Assembly (NCBI GenBank): GCA_030390025.1
Contig: JASTWF010000070.1
Coordinates: 1,178,001 to 1,242,000, forward strand
DNA from: Squalus acanthias
Taxonomy: Eukaryota
Reading direction: 5' to 3'
DNA: 64,000 nucleotides
Under the pieces are notes generated by a model. That model was not told where the DNA came from, searched no databases, and saw only the letters and a program-made list of their open reading frames with translations. This document shows positions 25,951 to 38,151 of the stretch, piece after piece. Each line of letters starts with the position of its first letter. The stretch's first letter is position 1. The position numbers and the translations under genes are program-made.

Positions 25951-26822
25951 GCTGCCTCGATAATTAATTATAGATTAGCCAGAATTGAGAATGTTTAAAT
26001 TCATATTCTTAACTGTTGATACACAGGTGACACCCATCAAATGGAGGGGAAGCGGACACTTCAGGGTGCAATACATGTAAGTAAGTTCATTGAACCTGTT
26101 GCAATAATATACAGGAACTTGGTGATTTATGGTATGGGTGCAATGCGCCACATGCGGGATATTTCACACGGTTGGCATTGAGCAGGTCATAGCCCAGATC
26201 ATCTTAATTTGCAGCGAATCCCACTCGTTGCTCCAACTGAAAATAGAACATATCCCGCAGCCCTCTTCCCATCTGATAATAGAAAGGATAGGTTAATGTT
26301 CCGGGCACAATGCCTTCACCAGACTTTACTGCTGATTTTCAGCAGTTTCGGTTTCAATTTCAGAATTCCAGCTTTCTGCTATTTTCTATTATTTTTATCT
26401 CTACATTGAGTCCATGTCCACTCCCCTCACAATCCTCCCCACACCCCCGCCTCCCATCCGGCAGAGATACTGTTTTTAATATATTAGCTACAGTTATTAT
26501 TATGAAGATTCAGAAATAAGACGACACCCAGAATAGTTTCACAGATAAGTCAAAATATATTTCTATGGTAAGTCGTCGAAGAAGNNNNNNNNNNNNNNNN
26601 NNNNNNNNNNNNNNNNNNNNNNNNNNNNNNNNNNNNNNNNNNNNNNNNNNNNNNNNNNNNNNNNNNNNNNNNNNNNNNNNNNNNNNNNNNNNNNNNNNNN
26701 NNNNNNNNNNNNNNNNNNNNNNNNNNNNNNNNNNNNNNNNNNNNNNNNNNNNNNNNNNNNNNNNNNNNNNNNNNNNNNNNNNNNNNNNNNNNNNNNNNNN
26801 NNNNNNNNNNNNNNNNNNNNNN

Positions 26823-27755
26823 CGGGTGAGTGAGTGTGTGAGTGTGTGTCTGTGAGTGTGAGTGTGAGTGAGTTTGTGAGTGTGAGTGAGTGTGAGTGAG
26901 TGTGTGTACGTTTATGTGTGCGTGTGAGTGTAAGTGAATGTCTGAGAAGGTGAGTGAGAGGGTGAGTGTGTGATTATGTGCATGTGTGTGTTTGTGAGTG
27001 TGCATGTGTGGGATTGTCAGCCGTGGCTCAAGGGGTAGCACTCTCGCCTCTGAGTCAGAAGGTCATGGGTTCAAGTCGTACTCCCGAGACTTGAGCCCAT
27101 AATCCAGGCTGACACTCACAGTGCAGTACTGAGGGAGCGCTGCACTGTCGGAGGGGCGGTACTGAGGGAGCTCTGCACTGTCGGAGGTGCAGTACTGAGT
27201 GAGCGCCGCACTGTCGGAGGGGCAGTACTGAGGGACCGCCGCACTGTCGGAGGGGCCATCTTTCAGATGAGACGTTAAATCAACGCCACGTCTGCCCTCT
27301 CAGGTGGACTTAAAAGAACTCACGGCACTATCTCGAAGAAGAGCAAATGAGAGTTGTCCCTGGTGACCTGGGCCAATATTTGTCCCTCAACCAACAACAC
27401 AAAAAAATAGATTATCTGGGCATTATCACATGGCTGTTTGTGGAAGCTTGCTGTGCGCAGATTAGCAGCCGTGTTTCCTACATTACAACAGTAACTACAC
27501 TTCAAAATTACTTCATTGGCTGTAAAGCGCTTTGGGACGTCCTGAGGACGTGAAAGATACTGTAGAAATGCGAGTCTATCTTTTATGATGTGTGATTGAG
27601 TGTGTGTGTGATTCTGTCTGGGAGTGATTGATTGTAGGTGTGTGAGAGTGATTGAGTTTCTGTGTGTGTGATTCTGTCTTGGTGTGATTGATTGTATGTG
27701 TGTGAGTGTTTGAGTGTCTGTGTGTGTGTGATTATGTCTGAGTATGATTGATCAA
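26823..27755. repeat. (GT/GA)-rich microsatellite tracts flanking a SINE
   Basis: Direct inspection. Confidence 0.85.
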
Positions 27756-28253
27756 TGTAACCTTGCAAATGGCGCATGGCGAAACATGGCCGTCTGATTG
27801 GATTGTTTTGATGTGTCTATCCAATCAAACAGATAGAATCATCATCCCAGTTTTCTGATTAAATGTTGGTGATTTCTGGGTTAATCTGCTTTACGAGTTG
27901 TGTTCCTCTGTGTGTTAAAACATTAATTCAGACAGTTCTTGTGTGGACATATTAAGCCAAAGATTCTCAAATTTATTAAGAGGGTGTTGGAAGCAGATTC
28001 AATGCTAAATTTCAAAAGCGAATTGGATAAATAGTCGAAGGATACAAATGTGCAGTGCTGTGGGGAAAAGCAGGGGGAGCGGGACTAATCGGAGAGCTCT
28101 TTCAAAGAGCCGGCACAGGGACGATGGGCCGAATGGCCTCCTTCTGTGCTGCATCATTCTCTGATTCCATGAAACGCGACTGCAGGACGGGATAGTTTGA
28201 CCTGCCTTTAAATATCTTGAAATGTCAATGTTTAATATATTGTCCTGTCTCAG

Positions 28254-28340
28254 GGCGGCCCTCGAGACCAGACTCTTCACACCGTTCTGGAATTTGCTGC
28301 CTCGGAAAAGTCATCAAAAAAGAAGGCGGGTCGCGGATGA
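28254..28340 (+). CDS. Gene A terminal cytoplasmic exon (ITIM/ITSM-like TLHTVL, no Tyr)
   Basis: gtctcag|GGPRDQTLHTVLEFAASEKSSKKKAGRG*. A homolog is present in relic D. Confidence 0.55.
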   Translation, partial: GGPRDQTLHTVLEFAASEKSSKKKAGRG

Positions 28341-31300
28341 GAGCCCGGAGGGTTTCTATCGGATGGATGCGGGATGCGACAGGACTTACAAAAGAACCCA
28401 CAGCCTGCGGGAAAAAGAATGGAGCCACGGAGATTCCCGTCAAACATCTAAACTATCTGCCTGCACTCGCCAGAGTTTGCAAAGTCTCTTTCTGTTCAAT
28501 GTAAACGAACGTGCTTTGAGTATTGTAAAGATAATTCACTGCATTAGTGTAATTCAAGTGTGAGACAAACATTATGAGCAGGGACTTCTCGGTTTGGTGT
28601 TTCTCTGAACCTTTCCTGCTCATCCTGCAGCTCCAGTTAGTAACAAGATTTTTATTTGCAAATGCTTGTGTATAAATAAAATAAATTCTTCTTCGAATTT
28701 AACAATGCACGAGACGTTCCTAATGATCAATATTTCACTTATAATTAAATGTGATCGGTATGAAACTTCAATGACTATTGAGATGACAATATCGGTCCTG
28801 AATTGAGATACTATTAGTGGCGATAGTCTCTGTCTGAGAAGCGAGAGGCTTAATCATTTACAAACAAAGAACACAACAGGAGAGAATCGCGGGCAGAGAT
28901 GTGGGGATTTGTGCCTGGTTCCATTTTACCTTTGGGGTAGTGTGTTTTGCTGTGTGTAGTAATGTTAAAACTACATGTCAGAGACAGATGGTGAGTGTAG
29001 CGTGGCTTGGGAGGAATGGGTGACTTTGGACCTGTGGTTTCCTAAAGCTCTCCACCACTGCAGCTTTGCTCACGTCAGATCTGGGTGTGTTGTAGACTCG
29101 TGGATAGGGATGGATTGCCATGACAACCCCATTATCATTGATGGTGGAAGCTGAACTCGGTGGACCTAGGCCTTTTCTAGTCGAGCAATTCCTGTGTTAA
29201 AGATCCCAGGTATGCACAGTATTGGGCGAGAATATTCAACCAGAGACAGGATTGCACCGTAGGTGATTATATTGATTTATCCATCAGAGTCAGATCAGTC
29301 TAAGTATTCCCCTTCTGATTAGTTTGGAATCAGCATGTACAACCGAATGAGATTCAGAAGCAGCAAAAACTGTTCCTGGCAAAGACCCTTTAAAATCCAT
29401 CTCCCAGAAACTGTCCAATAAATCACATGAGGATTTGAATAATTTCCTAACAACCGTGTTCTTCTTAATGTCAGTTTATACTGTAGGGTTCTATAAAGCA
29501 GATCTAAGTTCACCAGGATGATACCGGGTCAAAGAGGGTTACATTTTCAGGACAGGTTGCATAGAGTAGGCTTGTATTATTTTGAGTTTCGAAGATTAAG
29601 GGTGATCTAATTGAGATGTTTAAGATGATTAAAGGATTCGATAGGGTAGATAGAGAGAAACGATTTCCTCTGGTGGGGAGAGTCCAGAACAAGGGGACGG
29701 AACCTTAACATTAGAGCCAGGCCGTTCAGGGGTGATGTCAGAAAGCACTTCTTCACACAAAGGGTGGTGGAAATCTAGAACTCTCTCATCCAAAAAGTTG
29801 TTGAGTCTGAGGGTCAATTGAAAATATCAAAGCTCAGATTGATAGATTTTTGTTCGGTAAGGTTATTAAGGGTTACGGAACCAAGGCGGGTAAATGGAGT
29901 TAAGATACAGATCAGCCGTGATCTTCTAATTGAATGGTGGATCAGGCTCCAGAGGCTGAATGGCCTCCTCCTGTTCCAATGTTCCTGTCGCCAGTAGGAT
30001 AATTAGTTCGGAATACTAAAAGGCAAATTGAAGACTAATTTTTGGAGGTTCATCACACAAAGAGTGATCAGCACATGGAATGGTGCTCTGGGTGGGGTGG
30101 TGTGAATGAAAACCCCTGGAGTCATTTCGGAATCAGTTTGGCTGCCCTGATGGGCCAGAAGGTCAGAACCTTTCTGGATTCCTGAGCTACGTTTGGTAGA
30201 ATGGCCTTTTTCACCTGCAGTGACCTTGTGACAAGTGTCTCCAAATACGCTTTGCAATATCTGCGCAGAATATTTTGACAGCAGAATATTGTTAATTTCG
30301 GCATGTTTCTATCCCCTCAGTACATGATTTACAAGAGATTCTCGATGTGATCAGAGCCTAATAACCATCTCAATTATCCATTAATCATCACACCAACGGC
30401 CTCATACCCAGCTTTTATATGTGTATGAAATCGAAGGTGTACCCGAAATATACCACAGCATCTCGGCGAAACAGCCTTTGAATTTTACTCTTGTATTTGA
30501 CAGATTTCCGAATGTGAAGAGCGAATTGTGCTACCGCTGCGAATTATTAACATCGCCAGCAAACCGCTTTCAGTCACAGCCGAAGGGTTCTGCTTCACAA
30601 AGTTACAAAGTGTTCACAGCACAGAAACAGGCCATTCGGCCCCACTGGTCCCTGCCGGGGTTTCTGCTCCACACGGGCCGCCTCCCACCCCCTTTCATCT
30701 CACCCCATCAGCATATCCTTCTATTCCTTTCTCCCTCATGTGTTTACCCAGCTTCCCCTTAAATGCATCTATGCCATTCGCCTCAACCACTCCCTGTGGA
30801 AACGAGTTCCACATTCTCACCACTCTCTGGGTAAAGAAGTTTCTGCTGAATTCCTTATTGGATTTATTTGTGACTATCTTATATTTATGGTCACTTCACA
30901 AGTCAAAACAACTTCTCTTCCTATCAAACCCTTTCATAATCTTAAAGGCCTCTATCAGGTCACCCCTCAGCCTTCTCTTTTTAAGAGAAAAGAGCCCCAG
31001 CCTGTTCAATCTTTCCTGATGTGTATAACCTCTCAGTTCTGTTTCATCCTTGTACATCTTTTTTTGCACCTTCTCCAGTGCCTCTATATCCTTTTTATAA
31101 TATGGAGACCAGAACTGTGCACAGTGCTCCAAGTGTGGTCTAACCAAGGTTCAATACAAGTTCAACACAACTTCGCTGCTTTTCAATTCTATTCCTCTAG
31201 AAATGAACCCCAATGCTTTGGTTTGCTTGTTTTAATGGCCATGTTAACCTGTGTCACTACTTTTATTGGTTTGTGTATCTGCACCCCATATACTCTACCA

Positions 31301-32826
31301 CAGTTGAAAACGTATTTTCAAAGAACTAACAGACACTAACAGTGGGTAAAAGCAACAATAAATTTGCTGACGAAATCACTTAACTGCATTATTAAAAAAG
31401 AGCAGATGGATTGAAATTAATCTACTTTCGATCTTAAATGTGACAGAGTTCACTCCCAGGAAAGAGCCAGTGAAATTCGGGGTCCACTTGCATTAGAACA
31501 TTAGAAATACGAGCAGGAGTAGGCCATTTGGCCCTTCGAGCCTGCTCCGCCTTTGAATAAGATCATGGCTGATCTTCTACCTCATCTCCACTTTCCTGTA
31601 CTATTCCCATATCCCTTGAGACCCCTACTGTCCAAAAATCTATCGATCTCTGTCTTGAATATAATCAAAGACTGAACCTCCACAGCCCTCTGGGGTAGAG
31701 AATTCCAAAGATTCACCACCCTCTGAGTGAAGAAATTTCTCCTCACCTCAGTCCTAAATGGCCGACCCATTATTCTGAGACTGTGACCCCTTGTTCTGGA
31801 CTCCCTAGCCAGGGGAAACATGCTACCTGCATCTACACTGTCAAACCCTGTAAGAATTTTGTATGTTTCAATGAGATCACCTCTCATTCTTCTAAACTCC
31901 AGCTTTAATATCAATGCAGCCTAAATCCCGAGGCAGTGACTGAGCTGCCCAGTCGTCCTGAGCCTTACTTTTGAACCGCATATATTTGCTCTATAAATGT
32001 GCATTGTAAATCGGCGGTAGAGATACATTGAGCGCATCTGGACTGAACGATCAAAGGGCTGGAATCACAGACATAATGCTGGGGTTTGAAAACCTGTTTT
32101 ATAGCGTTTTATAAAACGTTATATTACTGATGCATTGTAAAGATTATTTGAATTATATCGTGCTCACATACAAAGACGCGAAATGAATCTAAAAACGCCA
32201 ATACAGGAAAAGAGAAACATGTCGAGATTGAACCGAAACTGCAGGCGATGTGTCATCTTAAGAATAGCAGACGATGCGTAAGAGAGAATTTAAATATGTT
32301 TAGAATTTCCGCTTTGGGACGAGATTTCCAATTTGCAAAATGCGCTTGAAATTGCGTCGTTTCTGTTCGGCGTTAAGACTCTCCAGTAGGCGATACGTCG
32401 GTTCTGCATTGGTCAGTCTGTCTTCCGAGTGAGGATTAATTATTGATAATTATGCATCAAGTCGGTAAGAGAACGTGAGATCGCCGCAGTGAGACGTCAA
32501 TGAAGATAGCAATTGAACACTTTAGCTTCACGCCAGTGCTTCCAATAGTCGAATTTCTGCGGTGCTTTGGGACTTGAACCCGGCGTATCAAAGTCTCTCG
32601 GAAGGGTTTACACCTCAGGGCTCTGCTGCGCCGGTTGGACTTCTGAATGAGATTGACAATTTCCTGTCAATGGACCCCAAAAGCACGTGGAAGCGGCACA
32701 CAATTGAGGAACAGGAGGCTTGAATTGTTACTGAGCAGCGTGTCTTACTGATCCCACAATGAGAGCAAAGCAGAGGGAACTTTCCACAACACGTCATATC
32801 CGGCAGGAGCTCGCTTTCCTTTCCCG

Positions 32827-32871
32827 TCAGAGGGTCGGGACCGCATTAAACGCCAGGTGGGCGAAAAGAGT
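32827..32871 (-). CDS. Gene B terminal exon TLFAHLAFNAVPTL* (ITIM-like, Tyr>Phe)
   Basis: Acceptor tctcatag, phase 0. Homologous to gene C exon 40910-40957. Confidence 0.65.
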   Translation of the reverse strand, partial: TLFAHLAFNAVPTL

Positions 32872-33805
32872 CTATGAGAGAAAACAGAAACCATTATAAT
32901 GGCCCACATCATCATCATAGGAACAGAAGGACAGGAGGAGGCTGTTCAGCCCCTCGAGCCTGTTCGGCCATTCAATGAGATCCTGCCTGATCTGTATCTT
33001 AACTCCATCTACCCGCCTTGGTTGCCTAACACTTAACACCCTTACCCAACAAGAATCGATCAAAAATCTCTCAGTTTTGGAATTTCCAATTGACCCCCAG
33101 CCTCGACAGATTTTTGGGTAGAGAGTTCCAGATTTCCACTACCCTTTGTGCGAAGAAGTGCTTCCTGACATCACCCCTGAATGGCCTGGCTCTAATTTTA
33201 AGATGAATGCCCCCTTGTTCTGGACTCCCCCCAACAGAGGAAATAGTTTCTCTCTATCTACACCATCGAATCTTTAATCATCTTAAACACCACAATTAGA
33301 TCAACCCTTAATATTATGTAACCGAGGGAATACAAGCCCGAGTCTGGGCAACATGTCCACATAATTTAACCATTTTAGCCCCGGGTATCACTCTGGTGAA
33401 CCACCATTCTGCAATTTAAAATATCCAGATCTATATTTTTTTATCTACGTCCGCAGTTTTACATTAAAGGAAATCAATGCTATCCTGTAGTGCTCACTAT
33501 GCAAAGTTTTATAGACTCATTAACTATGAATCTTAAACATTAGGTTAAAATCAGTGCAAGGTATCGACGTATGTTGAGCAAAAACAATTCTTTTCAGATC
33601 TACCGCCTTGTCTTGTGCACGTGGTCTCGAATCGGTCAATTTCTGATCGCTGTTCGTGTTGCCTGATATAAAGAGAATCTTAAGCTCAGTCTAAATGCGC
33701 ACATTTCACACTGAACCGACCCACTAACATGTAATGAGTCAATGACACAATAAATGGATTGATTGGGAGCGCCGTGGTCTTGGAGCGTCTCCCGACAACC
33801 GCTAC

Positions 33806-33922
33806 CTGACCGCCGGTTCCTGCAGCTCCTTCCCGCGGCGACAATAACCATCAGCAGAAGCAGAAGCGCCGCCGCCGAAGTCCCGTAAAGCAGTAATCTG
33901 CAGTTGGTTTGTAGCGGTGACT
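33806..33922 (-). CDS. Gene B transmembrane exon
   Basis: ESPLQTNCRLLLYGTSAAALLLLLMVIVAAGRSCRNRRS, 117 nt, phase 1/1. Confidence 0.8.
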
Positions 33923-36304
33923 CTGAAGAAAGAAAAAAACAACCTTTTATTAAAAAATAACCCGTAACCCGAGCCTTCTGGTTCTCGCAGAAGATTCAAG
34001 GAGGCCCAACACCACCTTCTCAACCACTAGGGATGGACAATCAATGCCAGACATACCAGCGTCGCCTACATCACGAGAACCAATTAAAAATGTTGCTGAA
34101 AATCATTNNNNNNNNNNNNNNNNNNNNNNNNNNNNNNNNNNNNNNNNNNNNNNNNNNNNNNNNNNNNNNNNNNNNNNNNNNNNNNNNNNNNNNNNNNNNN
34201 NNNNNNNNNNNNNNNNNNNNNNNNNNNNNNNNNNNNNNNNNNNNNNNNNNNNNNNNNNNNNNNNNNNNNNNNNNGCGAAGGGTGGGGCACAGAAGGAAAC
34301 TATGAGGCCCTCCATGTTTGTGCCGGCTCTTTGGTAGATGGATCCAAAACTAATCCCATTACCCGGCTCTCCCTCCATATTCCTGTATCAATCCAAAACA
34401 AACTCCAAAGCCCACTCTGTCCCCTGGAATGCACCACTTCCAACCCTTCGCCAATCCGAGGAATACTCATTTACCCTATCTCCTTCTTTCTTGTCTGTCA
34501 TCTAACTTTCCATCCATGCTGCCACATCTCTTTCACACCATACGTCTATATTGTTTCCCAACAGCCCTCTTGTGCGACATCTTATGAAACGCCTTCTGGA
34601 AATCCATACACCTTACATCCACTGCAATCCCTTTACCTATCCAATCGGTCACTTCTACAAAAGCTCTATTAAATGTGTTAAACACGACACCACTTTCACA
34701 AATCGGTGCTGATTGTCATTAACTAGACCAGCCATTTAGAAATGCTCACCAATTTCAGTTCAAATTTCGGATTCTAAGCGTTTGTCCGCAACACATCTGG
34801 TCTATGGGAGCCCAAGTGACACCTTTCTCCTCTCTTAGATGAAACGTTAGATAGAAACCGTTTGGGTAGGAAGAATAAGGAGGCCACATACTCCTTGGAA
34901 AATAAGTGTCTAAACGGAGTAGAGGAGCAGTGGAATCTGGAGGTACAGATACCAAAATCACTAAAAGTAGTGACGCAGGTTAATAAGGTCATAAAAAAGC
35001 AAACCAGAACTGGGGTTCATATCTAGAGGGATAGAATTGAAAAGCAGAGAAGTTATGTTAAATTTCTGTAGAGCCTTGGTTGGAGCAGACCTGGAATACG
35101 GTGAACATTTCTGGGCTTTATGTTATAAAGAGGATAGAGAGACAATGGAGAAGATACAAAAAGATTTACAAGGATGATACCAGAATTGAGACGTTATGCC
35201 TATCAGGAAAGATTGAACAAGCTGGGATCTTTTCTCTACAAAAGTGAAGACTGTGAGGTGACCTGATAGAGGACTTTAGATTATGAAAAGGTTTACATAG
35301 GATTACATAGGATATACGGCACAGAAACAGGCCATTCGGCCCAACAAGTCCATGCCGGCGTTTATGCTCCACTCGAGCCTCCTCCCGTATTTCCTCATCT
35401 AAATCGATCAGCGTAACGCTCTATTCCCTTCTCACTCATATGCTTGTCCAGCCTCCCCTTTAAACGCATCTATACTATTCGATTCAACCACCCCCTGTGG
35501 TAGCGAGTTCCATATTCTCACCACTCTTTGGGAAAATAAGTTTCTCCTGAATTCTCCTGAATTCCCTGCTGAATTTCTTGGTGACTATTTTATATTGGTG
35601 TCCTCTAGTTATGCTCTTCTCCACAAGTGGAAACATTCTCTCTCTATCTACTCTATCAAAACCTTTGACAGGGTAGACTTGGAGAAGGTGTTTCCACTTG
35701 TGGGGGTTGAGGGACCAAATAGTCACTATTAAAGCCAATTGGGAATTCAGGAGAAACTTCTTTACCCAGAGAGTGGTGAGAATGTGGAACTCGCTACCAC
35801 AGGGAGTGTCTGAATCGAATAGTATAGATGCATTTAAGGGGATGTTAGATAAACACATGAGGGAGAAACGAATAGATGGATATTGATGGGTTTATAATGA
35901 AGTGTGATGGGAGGGGACTCGTGAGGAGCATAAACACCGGCACGGACCTGTTGGGCCGAATGGCCTGTCTCTGTGCTGTACATACTGTGTAATACAGATA
36001 CCTACATACAGGCATCGAGAGAGAAAGTGATAAACTAGAAATTGCTGTTATATTTTCCAATTTTACCCATGGACAGCTCAGACAGCTACCTTCTCTCCCC
36101 CCATATACGTATGGCCGAGCTAGACAGATGGACTTTATAATTCAGATAGCTCAACACTGCAACATTGAGAGAGGTAAATGATTGGGCAATTCTACATGGA
36201 CACGCAGAAAGGGAGAGACTTTGAATGTATAAAGTGATATTGCTAACAATTAACTCTTACATCAGCATGGAAGATATTAGTGAAGGGTCACTGCCACTAA
36301 TTAC

Positions 36305-36607
36305 CTCTCTCAGATGAGACACTTTCACTGATCAGATCCCCAGTGGAGTCGATTGGAACGGCGCAAGTACAGACAGCGCCGCATCTCCAAATTACCGCCG
36401 AGACGCTCTTGTGACTCATGACAGTGTAGGTCCCGTCCGGGTCTATTGCCCCGGAATCGCTCCGTCCCTCGGTAACCTGTCCGGAAACATTCCAGCGAAT
36501 GGGAAGGGAATCGGGAGACAGGCTTTTCACCAAACACATCAATGGCACCCTTTCCAGCGAGGGAATTTCATCCGGCGGCGGAGCGAAGAGAAAGATTTCA
36601 GGAGACC
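36305..36607 (-). CDS. Gene B C1-set exon
   Basis: GSPEIFLFAPPPDEIPSLERVPLMCLVKSLSPDSLPIRWNVSG...DGTYTVMSH...WRCGAVCTCAV...SVSSER, open frame. Confidence 0.88.
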
Positions 36608-36699
36608 CTGGCGAGTTTGGGAGGTTAAGATACCATTACTATTCGACATAAATTCGTCGTTATTTTTGATGAAATGAGTAAAACAATCGCAATTCTTAC

Positions 36700-38151
36700 C
36701 TGCAATGAGCAATGTCGAGCCGATTCCGAATATCAAGGGCATTTCGCTAGATTTCTTAGCTGCGCAGTAATACACACCCGAATCATTTCTCTGGACATCT
36801 TTCACAATCAGAGAGTAAATACTGGATTCATAGAAACATAGAAACATAGGAAATAGGTGCAGGAGTAGACCATTCGGTCCTTCGAGCCTGCACCGCCATT
36901 CAATGCGTTCATGGCTGAACATGCTACCTCAGTACCCCATTCCTGCTTTCTCGCCATACCCCTTGATCGCCCTAGTTGTGAGTGTTATATCTAACTCCCT
37001 TTTGAATATATTTAGCGAACTGGCCTCAACAACCTTCTGTGGAAGAGAATTCCATAGATTCACCACTCTCTGGGTGAAGAAGTTCCTCCTCAGCTCAGTC
37101 TTAAATGGCTTCCCCTTAATCCTTAGACTGTGACCCCTGGTTCTAGTTTTCCCTAACATTGGGAATATTCTGCCCGCATCTAATTTGTCTAAACCAGTCA
37201 GGATTTTAAATGTCTCTATAAGATCCCCCCTCATTCTTCTGAACTCCAGAGGATACAAGTTCAGTTGACCCAATCCTTCTTGATATGTCAGTCCGGCCAT
37301 CCCAGGAAACAATCTAGTGAACCTTCGCTGCACTCCCTCAATAGCAAGAATGTCCTTCCTTAAGTTAGGAGACCAAAACTGCGCACAATACTCCAGGTGT
37401 GGCCTCACCAAGGCCCTGTACAACTGCAGCATCACCTCCCTACTCCTGTACTCAAATCCCCTTACTATGAAGGCCATCATTCCGTTTGCTTTCTTGACTG
37501 CCTGCTGCACTTGCATTCACACCTTCATTGACTGATGTACCATGACGCCCAGGTCTCGTTGCACCTCCCCTTTCCCTAATCTGCCACCACTCAGGTAATA
37601 GTCCGCCTCTCTATTTTTACCACCAAAGTGGATAACCTCACATTTATCCACATTGTACTTCATCTGCCATACATTTGCCCATTCACCCAACCTGTCCAAG
37701 TCACTCTGTAGCCTCCTAGCATCCTCCTCATTGTTCACACTGCCTCCCAATTTAGTGTCATCCGCAAATTTGGAGATATTACATTTAATCCCTTCGTCCA
37801 AATCATTAATATATAATGTAAACAGCTGGGGTCCCAGCACCGAACCCTGCGGTACCCCGCTGGTCACTGCCTGCCATTCTGTAAAGTACCCATTTACTCC
37901 TACTCTTTGTTTCCTGTGTGCCAACCAGTTCTCAATCCATTCGTCGTTAACTTGTCCGGCAAATCTTCCTTCAGGAAGCATGTACTTCCACACGGTGTAA
38001 ACCAGCTGTAGATGCTCTCGGTGCTGCCGCTTATACCAGTGCACAGCTTCTACTGCTAACCAACCCGTGTGACAATCCACCTTAAAGATACTTCCAACGG
38101 AGACAGTCTGAACCGGAGGATTCTGGCGGAGAACTTCCTGACAGACAATAA
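36700..38151 (-). pseudogene. Gene B V+J exon split by CR1
   Basis: VIVCQEVLRQNPPVQTVSVGSIFKVDC...VHWYKRQHREHLQLVY...EGRFAGQVNDE [CR1] SSIYSLIVKDVQRNDSGVYYCAAKKSSEMPLIFGIGSTLLIA|GTAAGA. Confidence 0.88.
36830..37938 (-). mobile_element. Young 5'-truncated CR1 LINE (1.1 kb) with a 4-bp TSD (GAAT)
   Basis: RT C-terminal half, 3' UTR and (CTATGTTT)n tail. ATTC at 36826-36829 and 37939-37942. Very similar to the CR1 at 58397-61098. Confidence 0.9.

Larger units (their letters stand above)
21347..28340 (+). pseudogene. Gene A: non-rearranging antigen-receptor-like IgSF gene (L-VJ-C1-TM-Cyt), frameshifted in the J region
   Basis: Exons: L 21347-21401, VJ 22028-22359, C1 22450-22770, TM 24809-24910, then tentative Cyt 25009-25039, 25262-25308, 26027-26076 and 28254-28340. 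All have GT-AG sites and compatible phases except VJ, which is 332 nt (not a multiple of 3). AATAAA near 28675. Confidence 0.8.

Noticed and set aside
27018-27090. tRNA-like sequences (also ~16845, ~39315)
   Set aside because: They are SINE heads contiguous with the SINE core, not tRNA genes.
32614-32642. Possible extra gene B cytoplasmic exon (EVQPAQQSPE)
   Set aside because: It lies downstream of the stop-containing terminal exon that is homologous to gene C's, and its donor is weak.
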